A DNA stretch of 64,000 nucleotides from a virus (lineage: Duplodnaviria > Caudoviricetes), in the IMG/VR virus record IMGVR_UViG_3300044645_001661. The stretch is one strand, 5' to 3'. The notes under the pieces are model-generated. The model was not told the origin of the DNA, did not search any database, and was given only the letters and a program-made list of their open reading frames with translations. Each line of letters begins with the position of its first letter. Position 1 is the stretch's first letter. Of the stretch, positions 21,715 to 30,728 are shown piece by piece. The translations under genes were made by a program, and so were the position numbers.

Positions 21715-22317
21715 ATGTCAACTAGAAACATCAGAACAATCACTGATTTTAAATCAAAACTACAAGGTGGAGCAGCCAGACCAAATCTATTTGAAGTATC
21801 TATCCCAACTTTTCCAGCCTCAGTAACTGGATGGGATGATGAAACATTCCAATTTATGTGCAAATCTGCTGCTCTACCAGCTTCTAACGTAGCACCTATC
21901 GATGTTCCATTTAGAGGTCGTATTTTAAAAGTTGCTGGAGACAGAACATTTGATACTTGGACCGTGACTATCATTAATGATGAAGACTTTAAACTAAGAA
22001 CTGCATTTGAGCAGTGGATGAATCAAATTAGTAAATTAGATAATGCTACTGGTGCTACGAGCCCAACATCATATATGGTAAATGCATTTGTCTATCAATT
22101 AGGTAGAGGTGCATCAAGATTTTCGGATGGAAATACCGACAATTTGACTAATACTGCATTAAGAACATATAAGTTCTATGATATCTTCCCAACTAATGTA
22201 TCTCAAATTGATCTTTCTTATGATACTTCAGATACAATTGAAGAATACACCGTAGAATTCCAAGTTCAATGGTGGCAAGCGGAAGGTACTGATCAAACCA
22301 ATACTGAAATTAGATAA
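21715..22317 (+). CDS. gp19: Tail tube protein gp19
   Basis: GGAARPNLFEV, CKSAALPAS, PFRGRILKVAGDRTFDTWTVT, DTIEEYTVEFQVQWW. Confidence 0.95.
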   Translation: MSTRNIRTITDFKSKLQGGAARPNLFEVSIPTFPASVTGWDDETFQFMCKSAALPASNVAPIDVPFRGRILKVAGDRTFDTWTVTIINDEDFKLRTAFEQWMNQISKLDNATGATSPTSYMVNAFVYQLGRGASRFSDGNTDNLTNTALRTYKFYDIFPTNVSQIDLSYDTSDTIEEYTVEFQVQWWQAEGTDQTNTEIR

Positions 22318-22323
22318 TAAATA
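22317..22323 (+). promoter_or_regulatory. Late promoter core ATAAATA
   Basis: Immediately after the gp19 stop and upstream of gp20. Confidence 0.6.
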
Positions 22324-22351
22324 GTAACAGATTTAGAAGTTTATTTTAGTA

Positions 22352-24013
22352 ATGGCAAAATTATTTGGATTTTCTATAGAGAATAAGGAATCTATCTCAC
22401 CTTCTGTAGTATCCCCCGTCCCTCAAAACAATGAGGACGGGGTTGATCATTATTTAACAAGTGGTTTTTTTGGATCTTATGTAGATATAGAAGGTGTTTA
22501 TAGAACAGAATATGATTTAATTAAAAGATATAGAGAAATGTCACTTCACCCAGAAGTTGATAGTGCCATTGAAGATATTGTTAATGAAGCTATTGTTAGT
22601 GATAGTAACGATACTCCAGTACAAATTGAATTATCTAATTTAAATGCCAGTGATGGATTAAAAAAGAAAATAAGAGAAGAATTTAAAACAATTTTAGATT
22701 TATTAGATTTTGATAAAAAATCTCATGAAATTTATAGGAATTGGTACGTTGATGGAAGACTTTATTATCATAAAGTAATTGATCTAAAAAATCCTCACAA
22801 AGGTATCCAAGAATTAAGATATATTGACGCATTAAAAATGCGTTACATTAGACAATCTGTTAGTAAAAAGAAAAATAATGGTGGAGTTAGGATAAAAAAT
22901 TCTAACGATGAAAATCCAATGGATTATGATTTTCCAGAAATTGAAGAATATTTTGTGTATAATCCCACTGCACAATCTCCAATTGGGTCTATGAATGGAA
23001 GAAATTCCAGTCAAGCAAATTCTGGTATAAAAATTGCAAGGGATGCAATAACTTATTGTACTTCTGGATTAGTAGACAGAAATAAAGGAACTTGTTTATC
23101 TTACTTACATAAAGCAATCAAATCTCTCAATCAACTTCGCATGATTGAAGATAGTCTTGTTATCTACAGGTTATCTCGTGCCCCAGAACGTAGAATTTTT
23201 TATATCGACGTAGGTAATTTACCAAAAATTAAAGCAGAGCAATATTTACGTGACGTTATGATGCGTTATCGTAATAAACTTGTTTATGATGCTAGCACTG
23301 GTGAGATTAGAGATGATAAGAAGTTCATGAGTATGCTTGAGGACTTCTGGTTACCTCGCCGTGAAGGTGGTAGAGGAACTGAAATTACAACTCTTCCAGG
23401 TGGTCAAAACCTTGGTGAAATTACAGATATTAAATATTTCCAAAGTAAATTATATAAATCTTTGAATGTTCCCCCATCAAGAATAGAAGGTGAAGGTGGA
23501 TTTAATCTTGGAAGATCATCTGAAATTTTACGAGATGAACTTAAATTTACCAAATTTGTTGGTAGATTAAGAAGACGTTTTTCTAACATGTTTAATGACA
23601 TGTTAAAAACTCAATTAATACTAAAAAATATCGTAACTCCAGAAGATTGGGAGCAAATGAGTGAGCATATTCAATATGATTTCCTTTATGACAATCACTT
23701 CTCAGAATTAAAAGAAGCAGAATTAATGACTGAAAGGTTAAATATTGCGGCTACTGCTGAACCTTATATTGGTAAATATTATTCTCAAGATTATGTAAGA
23801 CGTAAAATTTTACGCCAAACTGATGAAGAAATTATTGAACAAGATCAACTTATTAAAAAAGAAATTAAATCTGGTATTATTCCAGATCCAAATGCACCAA
23901 TAGATCCAAATACTGGTATGCCTATGGATGCAAGTCAAAATAATATCGATGGTGCATCTGGAAAAGTTCCAATAGAACCAGGAATAAACGCATCAGATAC
24001 AGAAGTTAAGTAA
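22352..24013 (+). CDS. gp20: Portal protein gp20
   Basis: MAKLFGFSI, SLVIYRLSRAPERRIFYIDVGNLPK, MLEDFWLPRREGGRGTEITTLPGG. Confidence 0.97.
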   Translation: MAKLFGFSIENKESISPSVVSPVPQNNEDGVDHYLTSGFFGSYVDIEGVYRTEYDLIKRYREMSLHPEVDSAIEDIVNEAIVSDSNDTPVQIELSNLNASDGLKKKIREEFKTILDLLDFDKKSHEIYRNWYVDGRLYYHKVIDLKNPHKGIQELRYIDALKMRYIRQSVSKKKNNGGVRIKNSNDENPMDYDFPEIEEYFVYNPTAQSPIGSMNGRNSSQANSGIKIARDAITYCTSGLVDRNKGTCLSYLHKAIKSLNQLRMIEDSLVIYRLSRAPERRIFYIDVGNLPKIKAEQYLRDVMMRYRNKLVYDASTGEIRDDKKFMSMLEDFWLPRREGGRGTEITTLPGGQNLGEITDIKYFQSKLYKSLNVPPSRIEGEGGFNLGRSSEILRDELKFTKFVGRLRRRFSNMFNDMLKTQLILKNIVTPEDWEQMSEHIQYDFLYDNHFSELKEAELMTERLNIAATAEPYIGKYYSQDYVRRKILRQTDEEIIEQDQLIKKEIKSGIIPDPNAPIDPNTGMPMDASQNNIDGASGKVPIEPGINASDTEVK

Positions 24014-25799
24014 TTTTAATAAATTTATTTTTTAAAAGACCCTTTCTTCTTAAGATAAAAAGATTATTTTTATCATATCCTATAAAGTCATTATCGATTT
24101 TATAGGATATTTTATTTTTCTCCCAAGTTTCTATATTATATTTTGAGTTTAAAGTTAATGGATATTTTTGATTTTCATTAAAAATAAATTTTTTCTGAAT
24201 ATCAATAATTTCTGAGTCAATTTGTACAATATTTGAGCAATATAACTCAATAAATTCAAATAGTTTTGATTTATTTTTAAATAAGAATTCAAAACTACTA
24301 GCATGTAAAGAATGTCCAGTTTTGGCACCCTGTGTTATCTTCCCAGTCTTGATATAAGTAGAGACAATATTATATATTTCTTGATAATGAACTCCAATGA
24401 ATCCATCATCATTTTTTATACAGTCAAATAAATTATCATAAAATTTTCTATAACTTATATTTAAAATATTAAAGCAATACTTCGATAGCACTTGAGTATA
24501 TCCTGCTATATGCAATTGAACAATCAACCATCCGTACATATAACATTCAATTAATTCATCTGTGGTTAAAGTATCGGTTTTATTAATTAATTCTATACTT
24601 TCTTTTACTTCTGAGTAATCTTTTTCATTAGTGAATGAAACGTAATCCTCTGCTTTGATAGTTTCAATACCATATATTTTTCTAGATAATTCACTGTTCA
24701 ATTCACTGTTACCAAAAACTTGACAAAACCAAACATCAATAGATTCATGTTGCCCAAATTCTAATATTTTAGAGAATCCTTCCTTCCAAGAATCTATAGT
24801 TTCGTTTGGTAATCCTAAAATTAACTCGGTATAAGTTTTTACATCATGCTCTTTACTTTTTTCAATATGAGATGTAATGTTATTAATACTCATATTTTTT
24901 CTTTTAATTGCTTTAAGTGTTGGTTCATTCATACTTTGAACACTTATAGTTACACCTCTACTAATATCTCCAAGTATTTTTGCTATTTCAAAAACTACTT
25001 CTGTAGAATTTTTAGAATATTGCAAATTAACAGATTCTAATTTGCTATTATCAGCAACTTCTCTTATTAATTTTGCTATTTCTAAATCTCTTTCTTTATA
25101 CATTCCAAAATTTGCATCTGCACAAAATATAAATGCAACATTATTATTTTTAATCCATTCAAGATCATTTTTTACACGATCTAGATTAAACATTTTAACT
25201 TTACTATAGGTTAATCCACCCCAATCACAAAAAGTACATGAATGGGGGCACCCTCGATTAGTTTCAATAGTAGAAGCCCAAAGAGTATTTGGATTGTCTT
25301 TTACAATTTGATCAAATACTTTAGATTCATATGGACTTGGAAAGTCTAATTGCTCTATTCTACTTTTTTGATATATTTTTTCTATCGTTTTATTTTGAAT
25401 AATACTAGTTAATAAATCTAAGTAACTTTCTTCACCTTCACCAATTATTACACAATCTATAAATTCATTATCAAGAATTTTCAAAGTTGCTTGTGGTCCA
25501 CCAAATTGAATAATACAGTCTGGAAATTTTTCTTTTATTAGTTTTGATAAAAATAGACAATATTGCTCATTCCAAACGTAACAACTAAAACTGCACACTG
25601 TTGGATTGTCCAATCTTTCCAGTATTTTATCTGGATGCTCTCTTTTAAAGATAATATCTTTTAATACAAAATTGTTTTTTACTTCATCAAATTGATTACA
25701 ATAACTCCATAAACAACCAACACTGTAGGGAAGCCAATATGTGTCTTCATTTCTAATTTCTACAGAATATTGCGGTTGAAATAAATATATATTTTTCAT
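24006..25799 (-). CDS. Cobalamin-binding radical SAM enzyme, copy 2 (downstream copy)
   Basis: N-terminal B12-binding-like region (SFSCYVWN...IQFGGPQ), CxxxCxxC motif ETNRGCPHSCTFCDWGG, DANFG, ELILGLPNET. Confidence 0.85.
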   Translation of the reverse strand: MKNIYLFQPQYSVEIRNEDTYWLPYSVGCLWSYCNQFDEVKNNFVLKDIIFKREHPDKILERLDNPTVCSFSCYVWNEQYCLFLSKLIKEKFPDCIIQFGGPQATLKILDNEFIDCVIIGEGEESYLDLLTSIIQNKTIEKIYQKSRIEQLDFPSPYESKVFDQIVKDNPNTLWASTIETNRGCPHSCTFCDWGGLTYSKVKMFNLDRVKNDLEWIKNNNVAFIFCADANFGMYKERDLEIAKLIREVADNSKLESVNLQYSKNSTEVVFEIAKILGDISRGVTISVQSMNEPTLKAIKRKNMSINNITSHIEKSKEHDVKTYTELILGLPNETIDSWKEGFSKILEFGQHESIDVWFCQVFGNSELNSELSRKIYGIETIKAEDYVSFTNEKDYSEVKESIELINKTDTLTTDELIECYMYGWLIVQLHIAGYTQVLSKYCFNILNISYRKFYDNLFDCIKNDDGFIGVHYQEIYNIVSTYIKTGKITQGAKTGHSLHASSFEFLFKNKSKLFEFIELYCSNIVQIDSEIIDIQKKFIFNENQKYPLTLNSKYNIETWEKNKISYKIDNDFIGYDKNNLFILRRKGLLKNKFIKIT

Positions 25800-27604
25800 T
25801 CATCAATTTTAGATACAGTATTTTTTAGTAATCCCTTTCTTCTTAAAACCCAAAAATCATTTCGTATTGACTCATCTCTTTTATTTGAAACCATTAAACT
25901 TGTTGGTTTATCTTCCCATGTTGTTGTATCAACAGAAGAAGGAATAGTAATAGGATAATCTACCTCAGAGTCATAAACAAAGTTTTTTTGAAGATCCCAA
26001 AATTCATTAGTTATACCACCAAATTTTACCAGAGATTTATCAATTAAGGCAAATACTTCATTCCTATTATTCATAAAAAATGAAAAATCATTAGGAGAAT
26101 TAAATTCTAATGAATGTCCACTTTTATTATCTGGTAAAATTCCCTCTGTTAAGTAATTTTTTACATCGAACTTTAATTTTTGAAAATATTTACCAATTAT
26201 TCCGTTGTCAGTTTGAACCTTTTCAAATATTTCATCATAAAACATCCTATAAGTTATATTTTTATTGTAAAAAAGATATTTTGCTATTAGTTGAGCATAT
26301 CCATTTATATGGAATTGTATTACTGTCCAAGCATACAAATAACTTTCAATTAATTCCGAAGTTGCCATTGAATTAGTTTTATTAACTATCTCAACAATTT
26401 CTTTGAATCCATGATATTCCTTAGGATTAGTGAATGAAATATAGTCATACGCCTTTACTGTTTCAATTCCGTGCATCTTTCTAGAGAATTCACTTCCCAA
26501 TTCACTATTACCAAATAATTGGCAGAACCAAACATCAATCGATTCGTGTTGACCACACTCCAAAACTTTAGATAATCCGTCTTTCCAAGTTTCTAAAGTT
26601 TCCTCGGGTAATGGCAAAATCAGTTCAGTATATGTTTTAACTCCATATTCTTGACTCATTCTCATATGATTAGTCAAATCATTTATATGAAGATTCTTTC
26701 TCTTAATAGCCTTCAAAGTTGGTTGATTCATACTTTGAACGCTAATTGTTATTCCCCTAAGACAATGTTCTTCAAGTATTTTTGCAATTTTAAATACTGC
26801 TTCTGTTGAATTCTTAGCAAATTGTAAAACAACGTCACCAACATTGGTTTCTTTTAATTTGTCTCTGATTATCTCTGCTATAAGTATATCTCGCTCCTTA
26901 TACATTCCAAAATTAGCATCAGCAACAAATAAGTATCCAATATTATTATTTTTTATCCAAGTAATATCATCTTCAACTCTTTTTATATCAAAGTGATCTA
27001 CTTTACTCATAGTAGTTCCACCCCAATCACAAAAAGTACATCTATGAGGGCAACCTCGATTTGTTTCTATAGTTGCAGCCCAAATTACATTTGGATTTTC
27101 CTCGATTATTTTACTAAAAATATTAGATTGATATGGACTAGGATAATCCAGTGTAGATAATCTAGTTCTTTCGTAATATTTTTTTATTTCTTTGTTTTCT
27201 GTAATAGATTTAAGTATATCTAAAAAGTTTTCTTCCCCCTCAGAAATTATTACAGTATCAATAAAATCATTCTCCTCTTGCATTTTTTTAGATGCTTGAG
27301 GTCCACCAAATTCAATAATGCAATTTGGAAATTTTTCTTTTACTAGTTTAGCTATTCCTAGACAATACTGTTCATTCCAAATATAACAACTAAATCCACA
27401 TAAAACAGGATTATCCAATCTTTCTAATATTTTATCTGGATGTTCTCTTTTAAAAATTATATCCTTTAAAATAAAATTATTTTTTACTTCATCAAATTGA
27501 TTACAATAACTCCAAATACATCCAACACTATATGGTATCCAATAATTTTCTTGTTTTCTAACTTCTACAGAATATTGTGGTTGAAATAAATATATGTTTT
27601 TCAT
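25796..27604 (-). CDS. Cobalamin-binding radical SAM enzyme, copy 1 (602 aa from ATG 27604)
   Basis: GFSCYIWN...IEFGGPQ, ETNRGCPHRCTFCDWGG, DANFG, ELILPLPEET. The start is chosen to match its paralog (MKNIYLFQPQYSVE); its stop overlaps the paralog's ATG (ATGA). Confidence 0.85.
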   Translation of the reverse strand: MKNIYLFQPQYSVEVRKQENYWIPYSVGCIWSYCNQFDEVKNNFILKDIIFKREHPDKILERLDNPVLCGFSCYIWNEQYCLGIAKLVKEKFPNCIIEFGGPQASKKMQEENDFIDTVIISEGEENFLDILKSITENKEIKKYYERTRLSTLDYPSPYQSNIFSKIIEENPNVIWAATIETNRGCPHRCTFCDWGGTTMSKVDHFDIKRVEDDITWIKNNNIGYLFVADANFGMYKERDILIAEIIRDKLKETNVGDVVLQFAKNSTEAVFKIAKILEEHCLRGITISVQSMNQPTLKAIKRKNLHINDLTNHMRMSQEYGVKTYTELILPLPEETLETWKDGLSKVLECGQHESIDVWFCQLFGNSELGSEFSRKMHGIETVKAYDYISFTNPKEYHGFKEIVEIVNKTNSMATSELIESYLYAWTVIQFHINGYAQLIAKYLFYNKNITYRMFYDEIFEKVQTDNGIIGKYFQKLKFDVKNYLTEGILPDNKSGHSLEFNSPNDFSFFMNNRNEVFALIDKSLVKFGGITNEFWDLQKNFVYDSEVDYPITIPSSVDTTTWEDKPTSLMVSNKRDESIRNDFWVLRRKGLLKNTVSKIDE

Positions 27605-27627
27605 TTCATTGAACTTTATGTATGTTG

Positions 27628-27642
27628 TATTTATCATAAATA
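27628..27642. promoter_or_regulatory. Divergent back-to-back late promoters TATTTAT-C-ATAAATA
   Basis: Perfect inverted repeat giving ATAAATA on both strands, between the divergent starts at 27604(-) and 27666(+). Confidence 0.7.
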
Positions 27643-27665
27643 TAACAGAATTAAATGATTAAAAA

Positions 27666-27824
27666 ATGGACGAACTTTTAGATATGATTATCTCTGATGA
27701 ATCGCCATCACAAGTCAGCGATAAAATTAAAGAACTTCTTTTTGCCAAATCTGCAGAAAGAATTGAGGCATTAAGACCTACAGCAGGAAATTCATTATTT
27801 GGGAATCAAGAAGAGGTAGGATGA
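27666..27824 (+). CDS. Small head-cluster protein (52 aa, not in ORF track; prohead-core position)
   Basis: Hand translation MDELLDMIISDESPSQVSDKIKELLFAKSAERIEALRPTAGNSLFGNQEEVG*; it occupies the post-portal slot of T4-like phages. Confidence 0.75.
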   Translation: MDELLDMIISDESPSQVSDKIKELLFAKSAERIEALRPTAGNSLFGNQEEVG

Positions 27825-27825
27825 T

Positions 27826-28146
27826 ATGAAATCATTCAAGCAATTTATATCTGAATCAGTTAATATTGCTGGTGATTTTACTGGAAATCTTTATATTAAT
27901 TCCGAAACAGAACAACCTCAGCAAGTAGGAGAAAACTATGTTGCTGATGTTATGTGGCAAGGAAACTTGTATAGATTGGAATTAGTAACCAAATCTGGAT
28001 TGCCCTCAAAACAGGATTTAGGTGAGCAACTTCAAAGACAATATCCTGGAGCAATTGTTCATCAGATTTATCCAGCAGAAGAAAAGAACTTTAACATTAA
28101 AAACGTACAAAGATATCACCCCTCAAAATTAGAATGGATTGATTGA
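27826..28146 (+). CDS. Hypothetical protein with capsid-targeting-like N-terminus (candidate internal head protein)
   Basis: Starts MKSFKQFISE; its C-terminal half resembles a module of ORF 15438. Confidence 0.7.
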   Translation: MKSFKQFISESVNIAGDFTGNLYINSETEQPQQVGENYVADVMWQGNLYRLELVTKSGLPSKQDLGEQLQRQYPGAIVHQIYPAEEKNFNIKNVQRYHPSKLEWID

Positions 28147-28148
28147 TA

Positions 28149-29699
28149 ATGGCTCAGTGGAATATACAAAATCAAGATTATCTAAATCAAGAGAGATCTT
28201 TATTTGAAGTTAATAATATTGCAACTAAAGATGGTCAACCAGTTAGTGTTGACAATCCATTTCCAGTATCTCTTGGAAGTTCTAGCATTACAATTAATGG
28301 TGATATTAGTATTCCTGGAATAGTAACTGTTACAAGTACACCAGAAAATCCAATTCATTCTCATCTAGTAGAAGTAGGAACCAGTAGCACATTAACAGTT
28401 CCATATCTCCCAGTCGGTATTTCAACATTACTGAATACTGTAAGTATTGGAACTACTGGGCAAGTATCAATCAACCTCAATAATTCACCAGTCAGCACCA
28501 CAAATCCATTTCCAGTAACAGCAACTTTTGGAAATCAAACAGATAGTAATAGATTAAAAGTTTCTCCTTTCCAAACAGTTTTCTTTAATACTTTCCAGTA
28601 TGGTAAAGAGACTGATGTTTGGGATGAAAGAATAGTTGGAGTTGGAACCGCAACCTGGAACCAATATTCCAGTAATGTGGTTATGCAAGTAGGTGTTACT
28701 ACTGGAAGTAAAGTTATCAGACAAACCAAGAATGTAATGAGATACATCCCTGGCAGAGGATCGACACTTGCATTTGCAGTTCGTCTTGATAATCCACAGG
28801 TAGGTATTCGTAGAAGATTTGGATTGTTTGATGATAATAATGGTGCTTATTTTGAGGATAATGGAGGAACATATTCGTATGTAATTCGCACCACTACAAC
28901 AGGTATCACCACAGAAATAAGAATTGGTAGAGAAGGTTGGAATGGTGATAAGTTTGATGGTAATGGACCATCTGGTGTAATTGCAGATCCAATCAAACAA
29001 CAGATGATTTCTATTGCTTATGAGTGGTATGGTGCAGGAACTGTAAATTTCGATTGGTTAATGGGTGGTAAGACTGTTAGGAGTCATTCCTTTATTAATT
29101 CAAACACCAATAATTTTGTTTGGTGTTCTACACCATTCCTCCCAATTCGTCTTGAGATTGAGAATATTACTGGTGTTGCAGGAACTCATTACCTTTATCA
29201 GGGTTCTAATTCACTTATTCAAGAGGGAGAGCCAGAAAAACTTGGAGCACTTGTAAGTCAGTCTAATACCATCACGGGAACTACGATGACACTTGCAGAT
29301 ACATTTTATCCCATCATAAGTTTGCGACTTAAACCAACCGCATTACAAGCAGTATTACTTTTGAGATCTTTACAAGCAGTAACGAATGATAATACTAATG
29401 TGTATTGGAAACTTTTAGAGAATGCAACATTAACTGGTGCAAACTGGATAAATCACGCAAATCCAGATTCATTTGCTCAGTATGATATTTCTGCAACTTC
29501 ATATTCTAACGGTAGAGATATTCTTTCTGGATTTACTATTTCTGGTGGTTCTTCTTTAACAGATATTGATAGACTTGCAGACTTACAACTTGGAAGGTCT
29601 GGTATTGGGACAATCAGTGACATTTACACTCTTGTTTGTGCAAGTCCTAATACTAACAAAAAAGCACTTGCAGTATTGAACTGGATTGAACAGAGATAA
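28149..29699 (+). CDS. Probable virion structural protein
   Basis: MAQWNIQNQDYLNQERSLFEV start (ATG 28149), beta-rich T/S/G/V composition, two NPFPV repeats; lies in the head cluster. Confidence 0.6.
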   Translation: MAQWNIQNQDYLNQERSLFEVNNIATKDGQPVSVDNPFPVSLGSSSITINGDISIPGIVTVTSTPENPIHSHLVEVGTSSTLTVPYLPVGISTLLNTVSIGTTGQVSINLNNSPVSTTNPFPVTATFGNQTDSNRLKVSPFQTVFFNTFQYGKETDVWDERIVGVGTATWNQYSSNVVMQVGVTTGSKVIRQTKNVMRYIPGRGSTLAFAVRLDNPQVGIRRRFGLFDDNNGAYFEDNGGTYSYVIRTTTTGITTEIRIGREGWNGDKFDGNGPSGVIADPIKQQMISIAYEWYGAGTVNFDWLMGGKTVRSHSFINSNTNNFVWCSTPFLPIRLEIENITGVAGTHYLYQGSNSLIQEGEPEKLGALVSQSNTITGTTMTLADTFYPIISLRLKPTALQAVLLLRSLQAVTNDNTNVYWKLLENATLTGANWINHANPDSFAQYDISATSYSNGRDILSGFTISGGSSLTDIDRLADLQLGRSGIGTISDIYTLVCASPNTNKKALAVLNWIEQR

Positions 29700-29702
29700 T
29701 TA

Positions 29703-29709
29703 ATAAATA
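29703..29709 (+). promoter_or_regulatory. Late promoter core ATAAATA
   Basis: Intergenic, upstream of ORF 29736 and gp21. Confidence 0.6.
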
Positions 29710-29735
29710 ACTAATAAAGTCTTTATTATATAATA

Positions 29736-30005
29736 ATGCAAGTAACAAAACCACTTTCTATAGAAACTGATTTAGCAACTTCTTCTGGTGCTGGAACAAG
29801 TATACTTTCTGCAACATGCGTAAGATTATATAATGGAGCTGGTGCAGCAACTACAATTGCAATTTCAGCATCTGTTGGGGCGAGTGCATCTTATTCATTT
29901 ACTTTACCATCTGGTGCTGTTGAATTTATACAAAAATTACCCACTGATATTATCTGGGCTTCAGCATCATCTATAAAAGTAACAAAAGTAGGATTTACTA
30001 ACTAA
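29736..30005 (+). CDS. Small hypothetical protein upstream of gp21
   Basis: 89-aa ORF with late promoter; beta-rich (CVRLYN, FTLPSGAVEFIQK). Confidence 0.7.
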   Translation: MQVTKPLSIETDLATSSGAGTSILSATCVRLYNGAGAATTIAISASVGASASYSFTLPSGAVEFIQKLPTDIIWASASSIKVTKVGFTN

Positions 30006-30010
30006 GAAAA

Positions 30011-30661
30011 ATGAAACTTATCAGAGAAGAAATCGAAAAGGTAGAACTTATCACCGAAGATGTTGGTGGTAAAAAACAAATGTATATCCAAGGTGTATTC
30101 CTCCAAAGCGAAACAGTTAATCGTAATGGTAGAATGTATCCTTTTTCGATTATGGAAAGAGAAGTAAATCGTTATAATGAAAATTATGTTAAAAAAGGTA
30201 GGGCATTAGGAGAACTTGGTCATCCAGATGGTCCTACAGTAAATCTCGATAGAGTTTCTCATAAAATTACTGAATTAAAGCAAAGTGGTAATAATTTTGT
30301 AGGTAAGGCACAAATCTTATCAACTCCAATGGGAAAAATTGCAGCATCTCTTCTTAAGGATGGGGTAACTCTTGGTGTTTCATCCCGTGGTATTGGTTCT
30401 CTAAGAGAAAACAATAAAGGATATAAAGAAGTTGGTGAAGACTTCATGCTTGCAACTGCAGCTGATATTGTTGCTGATCCTTCTGCACCTGATGCTTTTG
30501 TTCAAGGCATTATGGAAGGCAAAGAATGGATTTGGGATGGTGGAATTCTCCGCGAAAAACTCGCAGAAAACACCAGAAGAAAAATTAATAATTTGGTTGA
30601 ACAAAGAAGACTAGAAGAGAATAAAATTGAGTTATTTAATGAATTTTTAAATTCATTATAA
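30011..30661 (+). CDS. gp21: Prohead protease gp21
   Basis: NRNGRMYP, ALGELGHPDGPTVNLDRVSH, LGVSSRGIGSL, ADIVADPSAPDAFV. Confidence 0.97.
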   Translation: MKLIREEIEKVELITEDVGGKKQMYIQGVFLQSETVNRNGRMYPFSIMEREVNRYNENYVKKGRALGELGHPDGPTVNLDRVSHKITELKQSGNNFVGKAQILSTPMGKIAASLLKDGVTLGVSSRGIGSLRENNKGYKEVGEDFMLATAADIVADPSAPDAFVQGIMEGKEWIWDGGILREKLAENTRRKINNLVEQRRLEENKIELFNEFLNSL

Positions 30662-30681
30662 TATCTTAAATTTAGATTTTA

Positions 30682-30692
30682 ATAAATAAATA
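30682..30692 (+). promoter_or_regulatory. Two overlapping late promoter cores (ATAAATAAATA)
   Basis: Upstream of gp22; a GGAG Shine-Dalgarno precedes ATG 30729. Confidence 0.6.
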
Positions 30693-30728
30693 TAGATTAA
30701 ATTAATAAAGGTTAATCGGAGAGTTCAA

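Noticed and set aside
27605-27637. 11-aa N-terminal extension (MINTTYIKFNE) of the upstream rSAM
   Set aside because: It overlaps the late promoter box, and the paralog alignment supports the ATG at 27604.
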